This document shows positions 49,704 through 61,464 of a stretch of 64,000 nucleotides of DNA, piece by piece. Under the pieces are notes generated by a model. That model saw nothing but the letters and a program-made list of their open reading frames with translations. It was not told the origin of the DNA and ran no database searches. The position numbers and the translations under genes are program-made. Source of the stretch: Sminthopsis crassicaudata (Eukaryota); the NCBI RefSeq assembly GCF_048593235.1, contig NC_133621.1:299097146-299161145 (forward strand). The letters run 5' to 3'. Positions within the stretch are counted from its first letter, which is position 1. Every line of letters begins with the position of its first letter.

Positions 49704-51319
49704 AGCCAGACCAAAAATAGAGCTTGAGATGCTCTTATTTCTAATAAAAGTGATGATGATGATGATGATGAGATGATAACAGTTGACATTATCTGTGTTA
49801 TTCTGGTGTGGGGAAGAGAGGGCTGGGTTTGGAGTTGGGAAGGATGGCCAGGTGAGCCGGAACAAATCCCTTCACCTCAGGGGGCCTATGGTGACCTTCT
49901 GGGACAGGAGTTCTTCACCTGGGATAGATTTCAAATGGGAAAAAAAATGACATCTTTCTTGTCAGTAACTTCTGGTTTTCCAAGCATTCTTTCATATTTT
50001 TATTCATTATAATCCATTCTGGTTGCTTTTCCAGTGGGGAAGGGAGTGGTGGGAGGGAGAAAGAGTATTTGGGACTCAGAATATTATTATAATTCATATT
50101 GCTTGCCTTCCCAGTGGGGAAGGGAATGGTGAGAGGGAAGAAGAGTATTTGGGACTCAGAATTTTTTAAAGTGAATGTTAAAAACACATTTTTTAAAAGC
50201 TTTCACAAAATGACAATGACAAAAACATTACATTATTGTGAGAAGGGGGTCCGTGGGCTTGGCCAGACTGTCAAGAGCCCAGGTTATAATACAAACAGAA
50301 GTGACATTTCATGATTAGCAGTGGGGAAGGGATTTCTCAGAGTAGTAACTGCAGGGGAACCTCTATGTATTAGGGTGCTCAGACCCTGGGCAAAACCACC
50401 TGCTAGGAAGCTGCTGAATCCAAACCAGGAAAGCTCTGCGTCCCTTTTAGGACCAGCCAAGAAAACTCAGAGAGACCTGCTGGCAAGATCGGAGCAGAAG
50501 GGGAAGACATTCCCTGGCTATGAAATAAGAAGTTTCAGGTTTGAATTTGGCCTTTGACACTCACTGCCTAGAGGACCTTGGAGAAGTTCCTAGACTTCAG
50601 TTACCTCAGGGGTAAAATGAAGAGCTTGGTCTCCCATGTCCTTCCAGCTTTCTACATCTATGCTCCTATGGGCCCACATCATTCTCCAGCTTCAGTTTCC
50701 TCCTCTGTCACATGAAGAAGTTGGACTCGATGGCCTCTGAGGTCCCTTTTCTGGCCCTGTGATGTCTCCTCTCCTCTTCCAAAGTCAAATACATTGATGT
50801 GTCACTACCCTAAACTCTCAGCCTTTACCCACTTTCACTTTTAAAAGCACCAGACCCTAGATTTAGAACTGGAAGGGAACTTATAAGGCCCCACCTAAAT
50901 CCCTCCCTTGATCACTAAGGAAACTACACTTCCAGGAGGGAAGTGATTGATCCACCTAGTAAGCATCTGAAATGGAATTTGAATCTTGACTTCCAGATTC
51001 CGAGCTCCGCAGCCTGTCCACTATGAATCAGAAAACCTGGTTTTGAATCCCACCTCCCAAACACTGTAGTTGGGTGGCCACAGTCCATTTAATATCCTCA
51101 TCCGTACAAAGGGGGAAGTCGTATTTCCTAGCCACCTACCAAATTAAAGATGTTATGAGGAAAGTGATATAGAAACACTAGAGCAAGGGGAGCTCTTATG
51201 ATTGAGAGTCAGGAGAGCTAGATTCAAATCCTGGTTCTGACCTTTATTGCCTGCAGAGATCCATTCCCAGGGCAGCAAAAGTCTCTATAATACCTCTGAC
51301 AAAATATTCTTCGAACATC

Positions 51320-54300
51320 ATTGCTTGTATTTCAATAAGATCATAAAGGAGAGAAAGGGCCCCACATGTGCAAAAAAGTCTGTAGCAGCCTTCTTTGTAG
51401 TGGCAAGAAACTGGAAATTGAATGGATGCCCATCAGTGAGAGAATGGCTGAATAAGTTATGGTGTATGAATGTTATGGAATATTATTGTTCTGTAGGAAA
51501 TGACCAGCAGGATGATTTCAGAGAGACCTGGAGAGACTTACATGAACTGATGCTAAGTGAAGTGAGTAGAACCAGGAGATCATTATACATGACAACAACA
51601 AGACTATAGGACAATCAATTCTGATGGATATGGCTCTTGTCAACACTGAGGTGATTCAGGCCAGTTCCAATAATTTTGTGATGGAGAGAGCCATCTGCAC
51701 CCAGAGAGAGGACGTGGGAACTGAATGTGGCTCACAACATAGCATTCTCCTCTTTTTGTTGTTGCTTTCTTGCATTTTGTTTTCTTTCTCATTCTTTTTC
51801 CCTTTTTGATCTGATTTTTCTTGTGTAGCATGATAATTGTGTGGCAATATGTATAGAAGACTTGCACATGTTAAACCTATAATGGATTGCTTGCTATCTA
51901 AGGGAGAGAGAGAGAAAAATATGGAATGATAGATTTTGCAGGCATGAATGTTGATCACTATTTTTGCATGTATTTTGAAAAATAAAAAGCAAAAATAAAT
52001 GCAGAAAAGATCGCAAAAGATATATACACATAGAAAGTATGGGTATAAACTGATGGATATAAAATTTATAAATTATAAATTGATGTATATGATAATATTT
52101 TTAAAAACTAGGGCTGAGAAAGAGAATTTCATGAGGGGAAGAGAAAATGGAGGAGAATGAGGCAAATTATATCATAGGAAGAGGCACAAAAGACCTATTA
52201 CAGTTGGAGGGAAAGAAGGGACCTATACTCTACTGAATATATATATTATTCTCTCTTGAATAAAATATCCAATCCAATGAGACAAATCCAATGAGAGTTA
52301 GAGGTAAAAGCAAGAATTGATTTTATTTTTAAAAAAATGAAATAGACAAACCATTTGTTAATTTGATTTAAAAAGAAAGAAGACCAAATTACCAGTATAA
52401 AAAATGAAAAGGATGAATTCATCACCAATGAAGAAGAAATGAAGATAGTTGTTAGTGGTTATTTTGTCCAATTGTATGCCAGTAAATCTGATAATCTATG
52501 CAAAATGGATCAATATTTAATATATATGTATAAATTATCCAAATTAACAGAAAAGGAAATAAAATACTTAAATAATTCCCTATGGGAAAATCTCCATGAC
52601 TAGATGTGTTCTACTAAGCATTTAAAGAACAATTAATTCCAATTTATATAAACTATTTGGGGAATTAGGCAAAAATAGAATCTTATCAAATTTCCTTTAT
52701 GACACAAATATGCTGCTGATATCTAAACCAGGAAGAATCAAAACAGAGGGAAAAAATTCTAAACCAATTTCCCTAATAAATATTGATGCAGAAATTTTAA
52801 CTAAAATAATAGCAAGGAGATTACAGCAATATATAACAAGGAACATACACTATGACCAGATGGAATATAGGGATATAGGATTGCTTCACTATTAGTAAAA
52901 GCAATCAGCATAATTGACCATGTAAATAACAAAAACAACATAAATCAGTATGAGAAGAAAAAGAAATTTAAGGAATTAGAATAGGCAACGAGGAAATAAA
53001 ACTATCACTTTGCAGATGATAAGATAGTATACCTAGAGAATCAACTAAAATCCTAGTTGAAATAATTAACCACTTTAGCAAAATGCAGGTTAAAAAATTG
53101 GCCCCTATAAATTATCAGCACTTCTGTATATTACCAAAAAAATCTAGTAGCAAAAGATAGAAAGAGCAATTCCTCTTAAAATAACTGTAGACAGTATAAA
53201 ATACCTGGGAGTCTGACGAGATAAACCTAGGGACTATATGAACATAATTACAAAACACTTTTCAAAGAAATAAAGTCAGATCTAAACAACTGGGAAAATA
53301 TCAATGGCTTATGGATAGACTGAGCCAACATAGTTAAGATGATAATTCTGCAACTTACTCATTCAGTTCTATACCAACCAAACTATCAAAAACTTATTTT
53401 ATAGAGATAGAAAAAAAAAGTCATAATAAAATTCATTTGAAGAACAAAAAGTCAATAACATTAAGGGAATTAATTAAAACAAATACAAACTGTACCATAT
53501 CTCAAACTATATTATGAAATGGTAATCATGGAAACTATCTGGTATTGGCAAAGAAATAGAGTGGTATATCAGTAACTACACAAGATTCAGTAGTAAATAA
53601 CCATAGTAATCTAGTGTTTGATAAACATAAAGACCCCAGCTTTGGGGATAAAAACTCACTATTTGACCAAAAACTGATGGAAAAACTGGAAAACAGTAGG
53701 GCAGAAACCAGGTATAGGCTAATATCTTACACCACATAACAAGAAAAATAAAAATGAAAACACATTTTAAGCAGAAAAAGGTGATACTATAAGCAAATTA
53801 GGAAAACAAAGAATAGTTTACCTGTCAGAACTATGGAGAAAGTAATAATCTATGACCAAATAAGAAATAGAGAGTATTTATTATTAGATACAAAATAGAC
53901 AATCTTGATTATATCCATTTAAAAACTAAGAGTAATGATTTTTATGATGTCTCTGATAAAGGTCTCATTTCTACATAGAATTGAATCAGATTTTAAAAGT
54001 ACAAGTCATTCCCCAATTGATAAATGGTCAAAGAATATTAATAGGCAATTTTAGATCAAGAAATCAAAGTCATCTATTAGAGTCGTATAAAAAAAGTTCT
54101 ATATCACTATTGATTAGAATATTTTAGCAAATTAAAACGATTCTGAGATATTACCTCACGTCTATCAGATTGGCTAATATGACAGAAAAGAAAAATAACA
54201 GATGTTGTAGGGAATGTGGAAAAATTGAGAAACTAAAACACTGTTGGTAGAATTGTGAACTGATTTAACCATTCTGGAGAACAATTTGAAACTATGCCCA

Positions 54301-55080
54301 AGGGGTTATAAAACTGCATATCCTTTGATCCAAAAATACCACTAATAAGTCTGTATCCCAAAGAGAAAAGGACAGGAGGAGGGGCAGCAACTAGATGGCC
54401 CCAGTGGATAGAGCACCAACCCTGAAGTCAGGAGGACCTGAGTTCAAATCTAGTCTCAGACACTTAACACTTCCTAGCTGTGTGCCCCTGGGCAAGTCAC
54501 TTAACCCCAATTGCCTCAGGGGAAAAAAAGGCAGGGGGGAACCTATTTGTATAAAAATATTAATAACAGCTCTTGAGGTGGCAAAAAAATTGGAAATTGA
54601 GGGGATGTCTACCAACCAGGGAACGATGATTATAATGGAAATGATGAGCAGCTGGATTTCAGAAAAACTTCCATGAACTGATGCAAAGTGAAGTGAGCAG
54701 AACCAGAACACTGTTACACAGTAACAGTAATATTGTACAATGATCAACTATGAATAACTTAGCTGTTCTCATCAATACAATGATCCAAGACAATTCCAAA
54801 GGACTCTTGATGAAAAATGCTATACATCTCCAGAGAAGGAACTTCGAGAGTCTGAATATATAGTTGAAGCATACAATTTGTGTGTATGTGTTTCCCCTTT
54901 AATTCTGTGTCTTCTTTCACAGCATGATTAATATAATAAAAAGTTTGAATAATTGAAGATGTACAACCTATATTAAATGTTTTTTATTCTCAGGGAGAAG
55001 GGAAATGGGGGGGAGAGAGAAAATTTGAAGCTCAAAAAAATTTTAATCAATATTAAAATTTTTCTTTATTTGTAATGGGG
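51320..55080 (+). mobile_element. Two or more old LINE-1 fragments, with a SINE nested at 54381-54530
   Basis: Decayed ORF2 peptides ([22 protein letters not shown]) and 3'UTR motifs. Confidence 0.85.
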
Positions 55081-55087
55081 AAAAGGT

Positions 55088-55088
55088 T

Positions 55089-55144
<56 letters not shown>

Positions 55145-55152
55145 TATATATA
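55088..55152. repeat. (TA)n(TG)n(TA)n microsatellite
   Basis: Direct reading. Confidence 0.95.
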
Positions 55153-55599
55153 TGAAACAAACAGATAAATAAACAATATTCCTAACAATTATAGCTGTTC
55201 AAAGATAGAATGGGCTGCCTAGGAAACATATAGGTATTGCTCCTCAAATTGAGGATCTCAAGCAAAGATCAGGAGATTCCTTGATATGAGAATATGCCTG
55301 TTTAGGTCTGAGTTGAATCACAAAGATAAAATTATGTTATCTGAATCTTTGAATGCTCAGCAGAAGAAAAAAATTCTCAATCTTTCCTTGTTTGGTTTTA
55401 ATATTTATCGAAAGATCAGTAGAAATCCCTATTTATTAAGAAGAATCAGCATCAGAATTGGCAGGTCATGAGGCATTTTAGTATCTGGAAACAATCGATT
55501 ATCTAGGTTTGGGTCAATAGCTACAGACACACCAGAGGAGGAGCTATTTAAATTCTTTATTCTTTTTATGTTTAATAGAATATTTGTTTTTGCAAAAAT

Positions 55600-55931
55600 A
55601 ACCAAAAGGGCTGGAGAAGTTCTTGTTTATTGGGAAAGTGTATTTGTATTGTCTGGTCATCTGAGCATTTTAGTGTTTGGGGAGAAATAATCTTTCCCGT
55701 CTAATCTTAAAACTTATCAAATGGGCACTGGGAAGTCATTGTTTATTAGGAAATGAGTTTGTATCAGAATTGGCTGATCATCTGAGCATTTTAGTGTTTG
55801 GAGAGAAATAATCTTTCTTGTCTGATCTTAAAACTTATCAAATGGGCTCTGGAAGTCCTTGTTTATTGGGAAGGTGAGTTTGCATCAGAATTGGATGATC
55901 ATCTGAGCATTTTATGTTTGGGGAGAAACTA

Positions 55932-55966
<35 letters not shown>

Positions 55967-56303
55967 GTCTTATCTTAAAGCTTATCAAATGGACCCTGGA
56001 AGTCCTTGTTTATTGGGAAGGTGACTTTGCATCAGAATTGGCTGGTCATCTGAGTATTTTAGTATTTGGAGAGAAATAATCTTTCTTGTCTGATCTTAAA
56101 ACTTATCAAATGGGCTCTGGAAGTCCTTGTTTATTGGGAAGGTGAGTTTGCATCAGAATTGGATGATCATCTGAGCATTTTATGTTTGGGGAGAAACTAT
56201 TTTTTTTTTGTCTTATCTTAAAGCTTATCAAATGGACACTGGAAGTCCTTGTTTATTGGGAAGGTGACTTTGCATCAGAATTGGCTGGTCATCTGGCATT
56301 TTG
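55600..56303. repeat. Tandem repeat, ~120-bp unit, about 6 copies, last four arranged as a higher-order dimer
   Basis: gtttatt(g/a)gg recurs at 55625, 55741, 55861, 56008, 56129 and 56251; one unit is lengthened by poly(T). Confidence 0.9.
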
Positions 56304-56692
56304 ATGAAGGGGAGTAAGAGGTAGGCTTTCTAATAATGCTTTGGTTAGGGACAATAACTATAGATGACAGAGGACAGGCCATTATATATGATGCTTCTTT
56401 TATGTTCAACAGAACAGTTGTTTCTGTCATAATATCCCCACTGGGCAGGAATTGAGGTGACAGCAAGCAGTATTTCAAGCAATCAATCAATAAGCATGTA
56501 TTGAGTGACTACTATATATCAGGCACTGTACCCAGCAAGATCTTGGCCTCTGAGTTTTTATCTGGTTTTTAATTCACTTCTTGCCTTCTCATCTCTCACC
56601 TGGCTGCTCTAATTTTAGATTTCAATGAACAGATTTCTTCACCAGGTCCTAGGAAGTTCATTATTGGGAGCACCCTTTCTTACTGCATTTCC

Positions 56693-56870
56693 TAGTTGTG
56701 TGACCCTGGGCAAGTCACTTGATCCTGTTTGCTTCAATTTCCTCATCTCTAAGATGGGGATAATCACATCACTTATCTCCTAGGTTGTTATGAGGATGGA
56801 ATGATATATTTGTAAAGCACTTAACACAGTGCCTAGCACATAGTAGCCACATAATAAATGCTTATTGCCT
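56693..56870 (+). mobile_element. MIR/L2-type ancient SINE 3' part
   Basis: CORE motif cttcaatttcctcatctctaagatggggataat followed by gcacttaacacagtgcctagcacatagtag. Confidence 0.75.
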
Positions 56871-57589
56871 CCTCTAGTCTCTCCCTTATCTTTGAAAACA
56901 GATGTCAGTGAAAAAGTTTTCAGATAGGTTTTTCATTTGTTTCTTTTCTACTTTGATGTGAAATATGTGCACTACAGGATTTGATCTAAGAGACCAATCA
57001 CTCATTTGTTTCAGGAAGTAATTTTTTTCCCTTTTCGACTATGTAAAGTTCCATGATTAACAGTGCTATATAATATCCCAGTACATTGAGTAATAAAATA
57101 TAGAAATTCCATAAGTACAGGTTTAGACAGACCAGTCCTTCATGGTATTTTCTTCTAATAAATCAAAATGGACAGACCTCAGAGGGCTGTCCCTCTCCCT
57201 GAATACTGATAAGGTTGTTCAATTACAAGCAAGCCTAAAAGAAAGAGGCAAATAAAAAGAAACCTGGCCATCACTTTCCCTCAATGGAAGCAGCTTCATG
57301 AGGAGCAAAAATTTTCTTTTTGCCACATTGTGGTATTATTATTATTATTGCAATTTATTATGTTATTATAGCAATAGCTAATTATTAGGCAGTGTTTCAC
57401 TTCCAATTTAGACAGGGTTTATGACTATTAGAATCATCTAAATATAACAATAGCTCTTCTGATTTCAGTATGAAGCTTCAATAATTAACCTATGCATACA
57501 CATTACTTCAATATTTCAAAATAAAAAAGATCCTCCCCAAGGCTTGATATGTCTAGTTTCAGAAGTTAAAACATCAGAAAGAAAACAGG

Positions 57590-57925
57590 AAACTGGGAGG
57601 GAAAATTTTTACAGCAAGTTTCTCTGATTGAAAAAAAAAAAAAAAGGTCTCATTTCTCAAATATAAGAGAACTGAGTCAATTTTATAAAAAGAAGAGCCC
57701 AACTGATAAACAAAGGATATGAACAAGCATTTTTCCGAAGAAGAAATTAAAACTATCAATAACTAGATAAAAATGCTCTAAATCACTACTGATTGGAGAA
57801 ATGCACATTTAAACAACTCTGAGATATCACCTCACACCTATCAGATTGGCTAATATGAGAGAAAAAAGAAAATGACTAATGTTGGAGGGGACAAGGAAAA
57901 TTGGAACACTAATGAATTGTTGATG
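57590..57925 (+). mobile_element. Old LINE-1 ORF2 fragment
   Basis: Matches the L1 ORF2 C-terminal DNA seen in the other copies (gagatatcacctcacacctatcagattggc). Confidence 0.75.
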
Positions 57926-58382
57926 GAATTGATCCTCCTTAGTCTTTGATTTCACATTTGCAAATTCACCTACTTGCTAAAATTCATTTGTAAAACCTAA
58001 ATCAATATTCTATTAAGGTTTTTAAACAATGCCCCCCTAGGACAGTGCTGTGTAGATTTCCTAAACCCAAAAAGGCAGTGAGGTGACTCACAGAGAAAAT
58101 ACTCATGTTAGATAAGCTTCCTTCAGGCACTAAGCATTGAGTTGTTGATCATGAGTTCACTGTTAATGTATCAACAAAGCAGTACATCCAGAAAAATAAA
58201 AAAGAAATTCTAGATCTGTACATGAGATTGTTCTGGAAAGTGCTAACGCAAATGTTACAACCAGAGATTCATAGGAATTCAACCGTGCATTTCTTTCAGG
58301 AATGATTGTTTAGTATTTGCTATAGCAAATGAATTTATAGATTTTATAGAATATAATTATCAGGAAAGAACAGAATCAGCCA
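57926..58382 (+). mobile_element. pogo/Tigger-family (MER44/Tigger7-like) DNA transposon relic
   Basis: 5' sequence ttgcaaattcacctacttgctaaaattcatttgtaa and 3' ttttatagaatataatta resemble MER44-type ends as recalled. The internal frame KKAV.*LTEKILMLDKLPSG...HEFTVNVST resembles a pogo transposase N-terminal HTH. Confidence 0.65.
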
Positions 58383-58999
58383 CATATCATTAATGATGGG
58401 GATCCTACTGATCAGATCAGATCAAAATTAACAAGGGATTTTGACAGAGAAGATGGCAAAGATAATACAGTAATTACAGATGATAATCAGATTTCTTTCT
58501 TATTATCTCTAGGGGAAATAAGATGAAGAGACAAAGAGTTTGGAAGAATCCTAAATTTAGTCCAGGTATTCAGCCCAAAATAAAGAAGGTCCTCCATTAA
58601 AACAGAAGATTCAAGTCATCAGAATCATGACTCCTAACATCAATGTTTATCATGGAATCACCTGGCTGATCACATCAGGATGTAATGATTTATATCTAAT
58701 AGATTATTCTAGTTCCAGATGGACAAACAGGAAATACAGACAATATTAGCAACATTAAGCCAACTCTATGATTTTCTGATTAACACGTATTTTACCAGCT
58801 AGTTGATTTTTTTCTACCCAGAAGTCTCCCAAGATCAAAATATTAGAACATTCTCTGTCTGAAGAACTTGAGTCTGATGTGACCTATTTGATTCCTTCAT
58901 AGTCCCCAAGAACTGGGACAAAGTCCCAGAGAATCCCTTGTCCAGCAAGAAGAGCAGATCAATCAATTTAAAGAATTAATTCAGGTTACTCACTACAAA

Positions 59000-59085
59000 G
59001 TCAAATACTGAAGCTGAAGTTTCAAATTTTTGTCCAAAGCCTGGGGCTCATTGAAAAAGACCATGATGTTGGGAAAAGCAAAAGG
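59000..59085 (+). mobile_element. RTE/BovB-like LINE fragment
   Basis: actgaagctgaagtttcaaat...gctcattgaaaaagaccatgatgttgggaaa resembles the RTE ORF 3' region. Confidence 0.5.
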
Positions 59086-59251
59086 AATCTTGGGACTTGG
59101 GAATCTGAGTTTTTAGATTCAAATGTAACTGCTTAATTATCTTTAAACCAGTAATCTACCATCTCAGGAGTAATTCCAAGAGCTGCTCAAAGAAAAATAA
59201 TCTGAAAATGTTACAGGTATTTTTGAGTAACAGGAAAGGTTGAAAAGACAA

Positions 59252-59372
59252 AGCACCAGCCCTGAATTCAGGAGGACCCGAGTTCAAATCTAACCTCAGA
59301 CACTTAACACTTCCTGGCTGTGTGACCCTGGGCAAGTCACTTAACCCCAGCCTCAGGGGGGAAAAAAAAAAG
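59252..59372 (+). mobile_element. 5'-truncated WSINE1-like SINE
   Basis: Body identical in pattern to the 21759 copy. Confidence 0.85.
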
Positions 59373-59479
59373 AAAATAATATTAGGTCCATATAATATCA
59401 CATTTTTTATGTGAGAGTAACATATATGCTCAAAAGAGGGAAGGCAATAAAGATATAAGAGCTTTTTACTGTCTATCTA

Positions 59480-59760
59480 CCCAGGTTACTTATACCTTCC
59501 GAATCTAATACTTAATGTGCAACAAAAAATGGAATTTACACACATATATTGTATCTAGGTTATATTGTAACACATTTAATATGTATGGGATTGCCTGTCA
59601 TCGGGGGGAGGGAGTTGAGGGAGGGAGGGGAAAATGTGGAAAAATGAATACAAGGGATAATGTTATAAAAAAAATGAATACAAGGGATAATGTTATAAAA
59701 AAATTACCCATGCATATATACTGTCAAAAAATTTATAGATAAAATTAAAAAAAAAAAGAT
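59480..59760 (+). mobile_element. LINE-1 3'UTR fragment with an internal 30-bp tandem duplication (59641-59700)
   Basis: Same 3'UTR as the 27646-29995 element. Confidence 0.8.
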
Positions 59761-61175
59761 ATAAGTGCTTTAATTAAGGAGTAAGTTTTACTTTGAAAAA
59801 AGCAAGAAGATCAGACATTTCCCCTTAGTAAATAAGATATATGTGGCTGACTTCCAAATGTTTTCTACTGTTTTCCACTAGGTAAAATGATACACTTAAG
59901 GGACTCGGATAGCTGTAATTAATTGTGTTGGTATCCTTGGGACTTCTGCTGCTGTTCTAAGGAAAACAACAAAGAGATAAGTAAAAGTGATGGTTCTAAA
60001 TTCTGAACATGAGGTAACAGATAACAGGACTGAAAAATACCAAACCAGCGCCATTGGAGTATTCACAGAAGTCTTTCCAAACAAATGCCTAAATACTGGA
60101 CCTTTAGGTTCATTTTAATTACTATCTATAAGGTCTCAGGGGCCTTGACAGATGATAGAGATGAAGGATCTGAAGGTGGGTAGCATGTACATTACGTTCT
60201 TTGTTCTTCTGCATATATAGTTATTTTATCTTATTTTTGGACTTAGTTTTTTTTCCTATATATTTTTCTAAATATGTGCAGATAGCTTTCAACATTCACC
60301 TTTGTAAAACCTTTTGTCCCAAATGTTTCTCCCTCCCTCCTTCCCTGGACAGCAAGCAATTTGGTTCACAAAGGAACTGTAAAATCCCATTCTTGTTTGA
60401 ATTCTAGTTTTATAAACTAAATCCTCTCCTTTAGACCTCACTAAAATTCCATCTCCTGCAGAAAGCCTCTCCCCATCCCTCTATTTTCTTTTTCTGTTAC
60501 TTCCTATTTATCCCGTGTATGGTTTGCACATGTTTGTTTCTTTATTGTGTCCTTCATTAGATTGTGGCCTCCTTCAGGGCAGGCACCGTCTTTCCCCTCA
60601 ATTTTTTTTTTGGCCATTTCTGGCACGATGTAGGTGCTTAATAAATATTTATTGATGGTTGATTGATAGATATAAACATATCCATCCATAAATATCAGTC
60701 CATATGTGTGTACAGATATATCCCTAGTTGATTTGTAAATCATACATTTCTATTGATATATTATTATATGTAAACATATATCATAGACTGCCTTGTCTCT
60801 GAGGTCACGGACCAGTTCTAAACCCGTAGTCCTATGACGTCACTTCCCCTCCCGGGTCTATTTCATTCTCTATGAAACAAAGGGACAGACCGCGGTTTCT
60901 TCAGCTCCCTTCCAGGACCCTGCGGCCCATTTCCCCTCCTTGTGCCTCAGTTTCCTCCTCTGCCCCGGGAGGGAGTCGGGCCATCCCTCCGGGGTCCCTC
61001 GCAGTTGTCTTGGCTGGGTGAGCCCCTGGAACCTCAGGCGTCTGTGCAGTGCTCGGAGCCCTGAACCTAGTCCCTCAAGTTCTAGTTCCAGAGCGGACGA
61101 GAACCCCGCGGAGCGCCCCGTGCCTCTCCTCCCCCACCCTCTTGGAGTGCTTTCGGGAAGGGCCCTCGGAGCTTC

Positions 61176-61351
61176 ATTTGCATAACAGAACCGGCCGCCC
61201 CGGGGCAGATGGTGAAGGGAAGAATAACCCGCGGGAGAGTGGATTCCCCTGACCCCCCAGCCCCCCGGAGGCGCGGGTCCCTGAGGAAGCGCGAAGCCCC
61301 GGAGGATGGGCCGCGAGAAGGGCCAGCCGTGGGTCACCGTGACCGCAAAGG
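61176..61351 (+). promoter_or_regulatory. Putative snRNA-type Pol II promoter (octamer DSE plus PSE, no TATA)
   Basis: ATTTGCAT at 61176-61183 and TCACCGTGACCGCAAAGG at 61334-61351, which fits the PSE consensus. Spacing puts them at about -220 and -62 from a C/A start at 61396. Confidence 0.55.
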
Positions 61352-61464
61352 CAGTCCGTGCCCAGGGCCCGGGCGCCCGCGGGGCTGGGGGGGTCAGCGT
61401 GACTTCGTTCGAACGACCCGTGCGAGAGCTGCGCACACAAGAAGGGTTAAGACTAGCAGAAGCG

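Noticed and set aside
55600-56303. CRISPR-like array
   Set aside because: Eukaryotic DNA; whole units repeat with no unique spacers.
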